Assembly (NCBI GenBank): GCA_964648855.1
Contig: CAZYLT010000003.1
Location: forward strand, 210,001 to 242,000
DNA from: an uncultured archaeon
Lineage (GTDB): Archaea; Asgardarchaeota; Thorarchaeia; Thorarchaeales; Thorarchaeaceae
Direction of reading: 5' to 3'
DNA: 32,000 nt
Position numbers and translations under genes: made by a program. Below are positions 9,061 through 18,010 of this stretch, piece after piece (within the stretch, counting starts at the first letter, position 1; each line of letters begins with the position of its first letter). A model generated the notes under the pieces. That model was given only the letters and a program-made list of their open reading frames with translations, was not told the DNA's origin and ran no database searches.

Positions 9061-10038
9061 CTAATCAAACCTCACTTCTCTCCTCTCAGCAATTGGATTA
9101 GATAGCAATTTCAGCCCTATTATATCCATTTCCTTCACGATTTCAGATGTTACAGGACCTTTGATTTCAATCTGAAAGATTCTGCCAACGCGAACATCTT
9201 CAATCTGCCCGAATCCCAATCGTTTCATTGCCTTTTTCGTGACTTCACCTGGTGGATTCTTTATGCCTTCTTTCGGGAGCACAACGACATTCAGGTTTTC
9301 GGGCCGAATACTAACTTCTTCTGGATTTGTTTCTTTTAGATAATTGAGAAGTTTGCTATATGCATCGATGATGTTACCCGTATCTTGCCTAAACACGTCT
9401 TTGTCCAACGAGTCGCCATCCTGACCCCACACCCTCATGCCATCTCCGGATATGTCATCAGCTAACATGATTTGACCTTTTCTAGTCCTACCAAATTCCA
9501 GTTTGAAATCAACTAATACAAGATCGACTTGATCAAGAAGCTTGCTGAGATAATAATTGACTGATAGAGTCAATGATTTTATAATTCCCATTTCCTCTGG
9601 TTTGGCAATGCCAAGCCTTACTACCGCTTCCTGAGAAATTAACGGATCTTTCAGAGCATCATCTTTCAGAAAGAATTCAACCAAGGGCTGACTGAACATG
9701 TCGAATCCAGGCTCTCCATATCTTCTGCAGAATGAGCCCGTAGGTCTATTTCTGCATACCACTTCAAGCTTGAAAACATCTAGCTTGTGTGCTCGAAATC
9801 TGGGGCCGTCAAGCTCCTCTGTCAAGTGAATTGGAATACCCTTTTTCTGTAGATATTTCATCAATAATGAATTTGTTTCACAAGCAAGTTGCGCCTTTCC
9901 TTTGATTTCTTCTCTCTTTTCTCCATCTCCGGCAGTGACAACGTCTGTGAATTCAATTATCACATGCTCATCAGAATCAGGGTCCTGATATAAACGCTTG
10001 ACTTTGCCTTCGTCAATTAAATCCATTTTGGGAAACAT
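9061..10038 (-). CDS. purC-purS: PurC-PurS fusion: SAICAR synthetase + FGAM synthase PurS subunit
   Basis: EGKVK, LEVVCRN..TGS, EFFLKDD, LVDFKLEFG and LDKDVFR (PurC). The last ~80 aa (VLPKEGIKNPPGEV...LGF...VRVGR...LLSNPIAE) match PurS. Confidence 0.9.
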   Translation of the reverse strand: MFPKMDLIDEGKVKRLYQDPDSDEHVIIEFTDVVTAGDGEKREEIKGKAQLACETNSLLMKYLQKKGIPIHLTEELDGPRFRAHKLDVFKLEVVCRNRPTGSFCRRYGEPGFDMFSQPLVEFFLKDDALKDPLISQEAVVRLGIAKPEEMGIIKSLTLSVNYYLSKLLDQVDLVLVDFKLEFGRTRKGQIMLADDISGDGMRVWGQDGDSLDKDVFRQDTGNIIDAYSKLLNYLKETNPEEVSIRPENLNVVVLPKEGIKNPPGEVTKKAMKRLGFGQIEDVRVGRIFQIEIKGPVTSEIVKEMDIIGLKLLSNPIAERREVRFD

Positions 10039-10079
10039 CTCCTCGGTTTTTACCTTTCGGCTGATTTGGTCGCTTATAA

Positions 10080-11159
10080 CTATGTGGTCGCGTCGCTCAA
10101 GCGGTGCTCAGATACGGCCCTTTTGATATCCAACATGCACAAATCGAGCGGAGATTGAATATTACACTCAAATTTGATGGACAATCTCCTCATCTCTGGA
10201 CTGGTCGGTCCAACACAAGGTGAACCCGGTACTCTAGGGCTTAAGTCGAAGACAACAAATTCAGAATCTGGAGTTAGGGCACCTTGTAGCGCAAAAAGCC
10301 CAATCATCCCTGGTGGGAAATGTCTTCTTACGCCCTCGAGGAGTTTTTCTGCAGCTTCATAGACCAGGGGCTTTTTGCTTTCACGCATTGTAATTCCCTT
10401 GTGCCCTACTTCTTCATTTGTTATCTCTGGAGATATCTTCAGCTGACTTCTTGCTGGGAGATTCAGAAGGCCGCTTAGATTTGTCTGTATTCTGTCATCG
10501 AATCCCACCAAATCCAAGGCGCCAAAATGTTCGTCCATTGCATACGCTTGGAAATTGGCATGAAATCGAGGTGCGAGTATGAATTCTTCGATTGTAGCCT
10601 GTTTCAAATCAATTTCTGAAATGATACCCTGAGCGATCATTTCGTTGGATTTCTCTTCATAATCTTCTGGTGATACGGCATAGAAAAACGCTCGCTCCAA
10701 TGGTTTATCTTTCTGTTGGACTTTGATGATTACAAGTCTATCAATCTGAGAGGGTGTGAAGGATTTAGGTGTCCTTATTCCTGACTTCTCAAGAAGCCAG
10801 TATTGATCCTTAGGTAAGCCCCGTTCTTCAATTCGAAGAATCCATCGATGCCCATAGAGAGGAACTTCGAATTTCTTTTCAATAGCATCATAACCCACAT
10901 ATACTGAAAAAGACCTGTTTGGAATCCAGAGGCAATCAAGGTCTTGTAGTTGCTGCTGCACATCATCTCGGATCATGTCAGCAAAATCGTCAAGCACTAT
11001 CAAATTATCATATAGATGTTTGTTATAATGCTTGTATAGCCTCTCTCTCCCTTGCTGGCATACAACAACTGTTTCAAATCCGTGAATTTTCGCTGATGCG
11101 GCAATTTCCTCTGCACTATGTGAGCCAATCATTCCTATCGTTGGTAATTTCATTTTCAA
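10080..11159 (-). CDS. purP: PurP-family ATP-grasp protein (formate-dependent AICAR transformylase paralogue)
   Basis: IGSHSA, GFETVVVCQQGR, PNRSF, ERAFF, RES, GLFALQ and DLSPRVPG. AGGTGG RBS upstream. Confidence 0.88.
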   Translation of the reverse strand: MKMKLPTIGMIGSHSAEEIAASAKIHGFETVVVCQQGRERLYKHYNKHLYDNLIVLDDFADMIRDDVQQQLQDLDCLWIPNRSFSVYVGYDAIEKKFEVPLYGHRWILRIEERGLPKDQYWLLEKSGIRTPKSFTPSQIDRLVIIKVQQKDKPLERAFFYAVSPEDYEEKSNEMIAQGIISEIDLKQATIEEFILAPRFHANFQAYAMDEHFGALDLVGFDDRIQTNLSGLLNLPARSQLKISPEITNEEVGHKGITMRESKKPLVYEAAEKLLEGVRRHFPPGMIGLFALQGALTPDSEFVVFDLSPRVPGSPCVGPTSPEMRRLSIKFECNIQSPLDLCMLDIKRAVSEHRLSDATT

Positions 11160-11253
11160 GTACCACCTATCCTACGAATATGACCTTACGCCTGTTCAAT
11201 CAAATCCTTGCAATGTTCTGCGTAACGATTATTCCTTAACGTATTCTCCGAAC

Positions 11254-12207
11254 TCACAGGAGTGCCTCCTCCAGCCGATTTTTCTCTAGTAGCTCACGAA
11301 TTTCTCGAGCTATTCTTCTGCCCATCCACATCTCTTCTTGATGAGTGACAAACGAGTAGGGAGAATGTGGCATCCAGATATTGGTTCCGGCAACTATTCT
11401 ACCACTAAATTCGAATGAGTAAATGTCCATTTTTCTGTCTATAATTGTTTCAATGCAGAATGGACCAGGAATCACCTCTCCTGTGAGCTTCTGAAATCCT
11501 CCTAGGAACGATTTTCCAATATCATAGTAGTCTGCTAATGTGGACTCTCTTAGAACTAGAGGAAGATTTCCGACAACCACAAAAGATGGTTGAGAATCAA
11601 ATCTAAGATTTGCGTCGGCGTCGGTTTCATAACGAATATCTGCGCCAAATATTTCTAGTCTTTCTCTTGCTAATGATTGGAAATAGGTCACGAATACTTT
11701 TGTGCCGACAATGTATTCTTGAAACGTATACTCCACTCTGGGGTCCATTTTTTCATAAGCCTCATCTCTGTTCTTGGCAATGAAATATCCCTTGCCTCCT
11801 GCAGCACCATGTGTTTTCGCAATTACAGGAACATCTATATCATCAGCTGAATCCAATTCCCGAGGAACTTGGAGCCCCGATTTCTTTAACAGCTCTGACT
11901 TGAGATTCCTGTCTGCTTCCCATCTCATCAGCTTTCTACTACCAAAGATTCTCAAATCCGATTTGATGAGCTTCTCAGCACCTATGTAAGCGACAAAGGA
12001 ACCATGTGGAATCATTATTATGTCATCGAGCGTCATCTCCAATACTTCGTCAAATGATTCAATTATAACTAGACTATCCTCGAAGCCAAATGAGGCATAG
12101 AAGTCCTCTCTCTCTGGAGGGCAAAAAAGCACTGTTTCGAAGCCTTCTATCCGTGCTCCTGACGCTATGTTTAATGCACTGTGACTAGCTATAGTTCCAA
12201 TTTTCAT
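11254..12207 (-). CDS. purP: 5-formaminoimidazole-4-carboxamide ribonucleotide synthetase (PurP)
   Basis: IASHSAL, IPHGSF, GGKGYF, DIRYET, VGNLPLVLRES, GPFCIE, FEFSGRIVAGTN and MGRRIAREI. Confidence 0.92.
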   Translation of the reverse strand: MKIGTIASHSALNIASGARIEGFETVLFCPPEREDFYASFGFEDSLVIIESFDEVLEMTLDDIIMIPHGSFVAYIGAEKLIKSDLRIFGSRKLMRWEADRNLKSELLKKSGLQVPRELDSADDIDVPVIAKTHGAAGGKGYFIAKNRDEAYEKMDPRVEYTFQEYIVGTKVFVTYFQSLARERLEIFGADIRYETDADANLRFDSQPSFVVVGNLPLVLRESTLADYYDIGKSFLGGFQKLTGEVIPGPFCIETIIDRKMDIYSFEFSGRIVAGTNIWMPHSPYSFVTHQEEMWMGRRIAREIRELLEKNRLEEALL

Positions 12208-13601
12208 GGAAACGACCTCTCATAGTCTCTTTCTGTATCGCTTCCACCCTGCTTCGATAGGTTTTGCTGAATCAGTCTAGCATGCTCGGTAGGATATTTG
12301 CCATCTAGGCACGCCCTGCACATATCCGTAAGTCCTATGGCATTCTCCAATGCGGTGATTTCTTGGTAGATAAGAGCATCTGCTCTTATGTGCTCAGCAA
12401 TCCATTCAAGATTCGATTCAGAAGCGATGAGTTCTTTGTCAGTGGCAATGTCAATTCCGTAATAGCAGGGATGGCTCTGAGGCGGGCAAGTGACTGCAAA
12501 GTATACTTTTGATGCTCCCATTTGCTTGAGGTCCGATACTATCATTCTGGCAGTCGTGCCCCTAACTATACTATCATCTATGACTAGGATGTTTTTTCCT
12601 CTCACTTTTTCTTTCAGATAGATGTATTTTCCTTTGGCAGTATTGCTTCTCTCTTCCTGTGAGCGAAGAATGAACGTGCGCCCCAAATATCGATTCTTGA
12701 GAATGATCTCGCGCAGTGGAACCTTCAGTTCTTCAGCCAATGCCTGGGCTGCAGGTCTGCTTGTGTCTGGAACAGGAACAACATAGTCCGGCGGCTCCAG
12801 TCGCATTTGTTTGAATTTACGCGCAAGAGCACGTCCGAGTCTGAATCTGGTATCATAGACAAGCTTGCCTTCTAGAATCGCTGCTGGATGAGCGAAGTAA
12901 ACATACTCAAAGAAACAATGTGAATGAGCTTCATTCTGACATACGGCATATGATTCCATTCTTGAATCGGAGTAGAATATGATAAGCTCGCCTGGATAGA
13001 TATCTCTCTCAGTGGCTACCCCTCCCATTTCCAGAACTGTGCTTTCAGATGCGACTATAACTCGATTGGTACCACGACCGAATACGAGTGGCTTGAAACC
13101 TCTTGGGTCACGATACGCAAATAGATTGCCATTATGTACTCCTGCTATGCTATATGCACCATCTACATCACTATCAAGACATTGGATTGCCTTTACAAGG
13201 TCGTTGTTATGAGTTTTCAAATAATGATCGAGTCTTTCACAAATGAACTGGGAATCACAATCATATTCTCCCTTACAAAGGCTCTGCATATTTGTGATAT
13301 TTCCATTGTGAGTCAAAGCTAGACTGCCAACCGAAAAAGGCCCAACAAATGCTTCCAAATAATCCTCTGAAATAACTCGGCTTCCCGTGGTCGGGTACCT
13401 TGTGCTTCCAAGAACGATAGATGTTTTGACAGTTGGTAAATCAATCTGGTCAGGGCTACCTATTGACTTCGCGGAAGCATACTTTCCATCATCAACCCAA
13501 AGCAGTCCGGATGCATCCTGGCCTCTATGCGTTAGCAGTAAGAGCATCCGTCTGGCGCTAGTAAGTGAAATCTCTCCGAGAATTCCCAGAACACCGCACA
13601 C
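12204..13601 (-). CDS. purF: Amidophosphoribosyltransferase
   Basis: N-terminal (M)CG, HRGQDASG, HNGNI, RDPRGFKPL, CFFEYVYFA, GRTFI, DDSIVRGTT, CYYGID and CxAC. Start placed at GTG 13601, which gives Met-Cys and has GGTGAG upstream. Confidence 0.96.
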   Translation of the reverse strand: MCGVLGILGEISLTSARRMLLLLTHRGQDASGLLWVDDGKYASAKSIGSPDQIDLPTVKTSIVLGSTRYPTTGSRVISEDYLEAFVGPFSVGSLALTHNGNITNMQSLCKGEYDCDSQFICERLDHYLKTHNNDLVKAIQCLDSDVDGAYSIAGVHNGNLFAYRDPRGFKPLVFGRGTNRVIVASESTVLEMGGVATERDIYPGELIIFYSDSRMESYAVCQNEAHSHCFFEYVYFAHPAAILEGKLVYDTRFRLGRALARKFKQMRLEPPDYVVPVPDTSRPAAQALAEELKVPLREIILKNRYLGRTFILRSQEERSNTAKGKYIYLKEKVRGKNILVIDDSIVRGTTARMIVSDLKQMGASKVYFAVTCPPQSHPCYYGIDIATDKELIASESNLEWIAEHIRADALIYQEITALENAIGLTDMCRACLDGKYPTEHARLIQQNLSKQGGSDTERDYERSFP

Positions 13602-13606
13602 CCTTC

Positions 13607-14236
13607 TCACCCACTCTCAATAATGACTCTTCTTCCGGATATCCTAAGCCTATCTTCACAGAACAGGTTGACTGACTTGACAAGGATTTCATGCTCGAAT
13701 GGTAAGATACGGTTGGCTAGGGTTTCTCCAGTATCATTTTGATTCACTAAAACTTCTTTCTGAAGAATAATGGGACCACCGTCCATTTTCAAATCGACGA
13801 AATGAGTAGTGCACCCTGAAACCCGTACTCCGTATTCAACTGCTTGCCATTGTGCCTTCAAACCTTTGAACGCAGGGAGTAGCGATGGATGCACATTTAT
13901 AATTCTATTTTCGAAAGATGATACAAACACATCCGAAAGAAGCCGCATGTAGCCGGCTAATACAACCAAATCTACTCCTTTAGATTGAAGAATTTCAACA
14001 ACCCTGCGATCATGGGCTTCTCTCTCTGAAAAATCAACCTTGGTAACGATTTCCGTTTCTATTCTAGATGTTCTGGCACGTTCCAGTCCTTGTGCCATAC
14101 TCTTGTTACTAACGACGACGGCTATCTCCCCTGCCAATTCACCACGCGATTGTGCGTCAATAAGTGCTTGAAGATTAGTACCGCGTCCGCTTATCAAAAC
14201 AGCGATTCGCTTCATGTGTGCGGTCGGCGAAACCAC
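13607..14236 (-). CDS. purN: Phosphoribosylglycinamide formyltransferase (folate-dependent)
   Basis: ISGRGTNLQA, LAGYMR, NVHPSLLPAF, GCTTHFV and DGGPII. The true start may be the internal ATG (MKRIAV). Confidence 0.96.
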   Translation of the reverse strand: MVSPTAHMKRIAVLISGRGTNLQALIDAQSRGELAGEIAVVVSNKSMAQGLERARTSRIETEIVTKVDFSEREAHDRRVVEILQSKGVDLVVLAGYMRLLSDVFVSSFENRIINVHPSLLPAFKGLKAQWQAVEYGVRVSGCTTHFVDLKMDGGPIILQKEVLVNQNDTGETLANRILPFEHEILVKSVNLFCEDRLRISGRRVIIESG

Positions 14237-14268
14237 CGCATATATTGCTTCCTCTTTTTTTGGTGGTA

Positions 14269-14796
14269 TTAGAAAAACTCGCGGAGAATTATGCCGAATA
14301 GCGCGCCAAGAATATGAGCCATGACAACAATGTAGACGTATCCCGCTGACACAACAAATCCGGTAATGAAGAAGCCTCCAAAATCAGCTTCGGGGGCTAG
14401 CCATGCTGGTGTCACTAGAAACATTGTAAAGAAAATCAAATAGAAAACGGTGGTCAGCAGAGCGCCAATCATCGCATCACTGGTCTTTCCAGCAGTGATT
14501 CCAACCGGAATAGCAGCAGTCATCGGAATCAAAAATACATAGATTGCAGTATCGGGCAAAGCATCAATTACAATCTGACTGAAAATGTAGGTATCAATGA
14601 GCGCGGCACACGCCGGTATCATTAAAAGAACGAGATAGTTTCTCACTTTTTCTCTCATGGTTATGCCGAGAAAAGTCGTTATGGCTTCTCCTCTGGATGT
14701 GGTTTTCTTCGGAGTCTCGGGAAGTGGTCGTAAGAAGCCCTTCTTCTCTTCCGTTTCGATTGGCTCTTCTACACGATACTTATCTTCATCATCCAT
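14269..14796 (-). CDS. Hypothetical membrane protein (~4 TM helices, charged N-terminal tail)
   Basis: Four hydrophobic segments follow an acidic/basic N-terminus. Start moved to ATG 14796 (MDDEDKY). Confidence 0.75.
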   Translation of the reverse strand: MDDEDKYRVEEPIETEEKKGFLRPLPETPKKTTSRGEAITTFLGITMREKVRNYLVLLMIPACAALIDTYIFSQIVIDALPDTAIYVFLIPMTAAIPVGITAGKTSDAMIGALLTTVFYLIFFTMFLVTPAWLAPEADFGGFFITGFVVSAGYVYIVVMAHILGALFGIILREFF

Positions 14797-14885
14797 AAGT
14801 TTCTCACGTCCTGCAAGACCTCTATCAACGCATAAATACTTCCCCTTACGCAACTATGTGAAAGTATTTCAACCAAAAATACTAT

Positions 14886-14893
14886 CTATAAAT
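14886..14893 (+). promoter_or_regulatory. Putative TATA box for fni (likely leaderless transcript)
   Basis: CTATAAAT about 30 nt upstream of ATG 14922, preceded by A-rich sequence; no RBS visible. Confidence 0.45.
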
Positions 14894-14921
14894 CCATATC
14901 TCGATTGCGTGGTTAATCATC

Positions 14922-16046
14922 ATGTCTAAGGGAAGAGCTGGCGATGTTTCTATAGGGGAAAGTGATGAAGCAGATCAAACGAGACGAAGAAAAATCGAAC
15001 ATATTGAGATTTGTCTACAGGAGAATGTACAGGCTGGAACGTCTGCGCTCTTCGAAGACATTTCATTTATTCATAATGCTCTACCGGAAATCGATAGAGG
15101 GGATATCGACCTAACAACCAATTTCATGGGCCTGCGAGCCAATGCGCCCATAGTTATCGCAGGAATGACCGGTGGTCATCCAGATACCCTTGATATCAAT
15201 AGGCGCTTGGCTGAAGCTGCGGAAGAGCTTGGAATACCAATAGGTGTCGGGAGTCAAAGAGCAGCAATAGAAGATCCTCAATTAGAGAAAACGTTTCGGG
15301 TGGTAAGGGAGTATGCTCCTACTGTACCCATTTTAGCCAATATTGGTGCGACTCATGCAAACGCTGCAATAGATGCAATTGAAATGGTCAACGCTGACAT
15401 AGTAGCGATTCATCTGAATCCGCTTCAAGAGGCAATCCAACCAGAAGGGGATTGCGATTCAACCGGAGTGATTGAGAGAATCTCTAAGATTGTTGATGCT
15501 GTAGAAATTCCAGTCATCGTCAAGGAAACAGGAGCCGGCATATCAAGGCATGTAGCCGAGATCCTCGAGTCCATAGGTGTGACTGGTGTGGATGTTGGCG
15601 GCCTTGGTGGCACATCTTGGGCTGCGGTTGAGTATTATCGGGCTAAACATGAGAAGAACGATGCAAACGCTCAGCTCGGTATTGAATTTTGGAATTGGGG
15701 TATTCCCACTGCTCTTAGTATAATAATGGTCAATAAGACGTCGAATCTGGAGATAATTGCAACAGGTGGAATCAGATCGGGAATTGATATTGCAAAATCA
15801 TTGGCCGTTGGTGCGTCTTCCGCAGGAATTGCTCTACCTCTCTTAGAACCTGCCGTGAACGGACAGACCGAGGACATCATTGCAGAGTTGCAACTGTTCA
15901 TGGATGGACTAAAGACTACGATGTACCTAACTGGTTGCAGAACTGTGGAAGAACTGAGATCATGTCCGCTAATAATAACAGGAAAACTTAGAGAGGCTCT
16001 AGAATCAATCAATATCGATGGGAATCTATTTGCATCTAGACCCTAG
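14922..16046 (+). CDS. fni: Type 2 isopentenyl-diphosphate delta-isomerase (FMN-dependent)
   Basis: RKIEHI, HNALPE, GMTGG, GVGSQR, HLNPLQEAIQPEGD, VKETGAG, GGTSW, WGIPT and GGIRSG. Confidence 0.97.
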   Translation: MSKGRAGDVSIGESDEADQTRRRKIEHIEICLQENVQAGTSALFEDISFIHNALPEIDRGDIDLTTNFMGLRANAPIVIAGMTGGHPDTLDINRRLAEAAEELGIPIGVGSQRAAIEDPQLEKTFRVVREYAPTVPILANIGATHANAAIDAIEMVNADIVAIHLNPLQEAIQPEGDCDSTGVIERISKIVDAVEIPVIVKETGAGISRHVAEILESIGVTGVDVGGLGGTSWAAVEYYRAKHEKNDANAQLGIEFWNWGIPTALSIIMVNKTSNLEIIATGGIRSGIDIAKSLAVGASSAGIALPLLEPAVNGQTEDIIAELQLFMDGLKTTMYLTGCRTVEELRSCPLIITGKLREALESINIDGNLFASRP

Positions 16047-16124
16047 CGTCTGAGTAAATGAGTACCGATAATAGGATATTAGTCCGTCCCTCGCAATTTC
16101 GTATCTTATTTATTCTATTTCTTA

Positions 16125-17534
16125 TCAGGTAATTTTTTCAATGCGTTGAAGAAACTCCGATCTTTTCCGGATGCCATTCAGCATTTGAACCGCTTCTTCG
16201 ATGGTATCGCCAACTGGTATGCCATTTAGTTCAAAGCCTCTGATTATGACTTCGTACTTCTCAAGATAGGGTACGTACGAAACGACTGTTTTCTGATACC
16301 TCTTGGCGACATTCGCCACTCGAGCTCCAATCTGCAATGATATTCCCGGAGCATAAGGTAGCAATAGTAGGAGGGCTGAATCAACATCATCAAATTTCAG
16401 CATCACATCAAGGACACGTTCATAGTCAATATCCGATGCGCTACCCGTTAAGTCACAGGGGTTTCGGAATGAAGAGATGTCCCGATACGAAGGAGTCATG
16501 ACTTCTTTCATGGCTTCCTGCTGGGATTCATCAAATTGTGGAAAATCCAATCCGTAATGAGCTCCCTCATCGACAGCAATGACTCCATGGCCGCCAGAAA
16601 CTGTCAGACAGCCAACCCTCGGACCCTGCATCTCCTGCAGTTTGAATGAGAATGCCTTAGAGTACGCCATGACCTCGTCTTCATCAATCGCTTCGAGAAT
16701 TCCGTACTGTTTGAAGGCGGCAGACGTGATCTCTGCACTACCGGCTAATGATGAAGTGTGACTTTGTGTTGCACGATGCCCTGCCTCAGATTTTCCTCCC
16801 TTCAGTACTACCACAGGTTTCCTTGTTGTGACTGAAGAAGCAGCTTCAACAAAGTTCCTCCCCTCCCCTTCTGGAAATCCTTCTATATATGCAACAATGA
16901 CGCTGATATCATCTCTATTGCCAAAATATTCTACAAAATCGTCTACTCTGGTTTGCGCGGCGTTACCGATAGATATCGCAGCTGCAATTCCAAGATTTCG
17001 AGCTGCGTATTCTTCTAGCCTCTCTACCAGCCAGCCTCCGCTCTGTGAGATTATTGCAACGTTTCCCTCTCGAGGTCGAGCTACACGCTCAGATGGGAGA
17101 AAGAAAGTATCAATGACTCTTGGCACAAAGACCCCAATACAGTTGGGGCCAATCATAGTCATTTCATTTGTATCTGCAATTTCAACGATTTCATTTTGCA
17201 GGCTCTCTCCTGATTCACCTGTTTCGCTAAAGCCGCCAGAGACAACTATCACTGCTTTGATTCCACGCTCAGCACACTCCTTTAGAACTCCAGGTACATA
17301 TTTGGCTGGCACTGAGATTACAACAAGATCAATGCCTTCTGGTGCTTCAGAAATAGACTTGTAGACTTTTTGGCCTTCAACAACTCCTCCCTTCGGATTA
17401 ATCGGAAATGCTTCGAGTTGATTTTCGAAGCGCAGTTTCCGGAATATTACGTTACCAGGGGAGAACGGATTAGTTGTCGATACTCCGACTACAGCGGCGA
17501 CTTTTGGATTTAACATAACATCTAAGGTGGACAT
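16125..17534 (-). CDS. Acetate/acyl-CoA ligase (ADP-forming) alpha subunit
   Basis: CoA-binding fold (AVVGVS, PINPK, SGGFSE, GPNCIG), ISQSG, SIGN, the phospho-His motif SHTSSLAG, SGGHG and NPCDLTG. Confidence 0.9.
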   Translation of the reverse strand: MSTLDVMLNPKVAAVVGVSTTNPFSPGNVIFRKLRFENQLEAFPINPKGGVVEGQKVYKSISEAPEGIDLVVISVPAKYVPGVLKECAERGIKAVIVVSGGFSETGESGESLQNEIVEIADTNEMTMIGPNCIGVFVPRVIDTFFLPSERVARPREGNVAIISQSGGWLVERLEEYAARNLGIAAAISIGNAAQTRVDDFVEYFGNRDDISVIVAYIEGFPEGEGRNFVEAASSVTTRKPVVVLKGGKSEAGHRATQSHTSSLAGSAEITSAAFKQYGILEAIDEDEVMAYSKAFSFKLQEMQGPRVGCLTVSGGHGVIAVDEGAHYGLDFPQFDESQQEAMKEVMTPSYRDISSFRNPCDLTGSASDIDYERVLDVMLKFDDVDSALLLLLPYAPGISLQIGARVANVAKRYQKTVVSYVPYLEKYEVIIRGFELNGIPVGDTIEEAVQMLNGIRKRSEFLQRIEKIT

Positions 17535-17595
17535 TTCTTTCCCTCAAGTATCGGTAGCTTTAACGCCTCAAAGAAATAACCCCTTATATCAAATA

Positions 17596-17635
17596 TGGCT
17601 CCCAGATTCAAGTCTTTAGGGCATATCTGGAGCCA
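17596..17635. repeat. Imperfect inverted repeat between divergent promoters
   Basis: TGGCTCCCAGAT (17596-17607) pairs with ATCTGGAGCCA (17625-17635) with one bulge. Flanked by CTTATATC at 17583 and 17654. Confidence 0.55.
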
Positions 17636-17697
17636 AATTCTGTGTTGCAAGACACTTATATCCCTAGTCAGAAATAGACATAGCTAGGTGTTCCTTA

Positions 17698-18000
17698 TTG
17701 CCATGGGAAAAACATACTAAAAAGTTAGAGGAGATTCAGAAGGCCAATCTGCAGCTCGACAAAGAGATGGGCGAGCGGTTCGATGAATTGGTTAACGAGT
17801 TAGGTGGAACCGACAAAGGTGTCCAATTGGAATTTCTGAAGGAATATTTGAATTTGAGTCCAGAAGATGAAGACGCTCTGAAAGAGCTTTCTTACATGAT
17901 AAAGTCAGTAGAGGACTATCTCATTAAGGTAGTAGTAGACAAGGGGGAGAATGAAGAGTACGTATATTTCCCGAAAAAAGAAGCTGAAAAAGAAGAATAA
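17698..18000 (+). CDS. Small acidic hypothetical protein (100 aa)
   Basis: TTG start with AGGTG RBS and a TTATAT box ~40 nt upstream. Composition is protein-like and the ORF fills the intergenic gap. Confidence 0.75.
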   Translation: MPWEKHTKKLEEIQKANLQLDKEMGERFDELVNELGGTDKGVQLEFLKEYLNLSPEDEDALKELSYMIKSVEDYLIKVVVDKGENEEYVYFPKKEAEKEE

Positions 18001-18010
18001 CAAAAAGCCT

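Noticed and set aside
11160-11253. Possible riboswitch in the 94-nt gap between the purP paralogues
   Set aside because: No convincing stems or purine/ZTP aptamer consensus could be seen by eye.
16828-17364. 178-aa plus-strand ORF and the many other 60-130-aa ORFs overlapping assigned genes
   Set aside because: They are antisense or out-of-frame shadows of well-supported genes and show no motifs.
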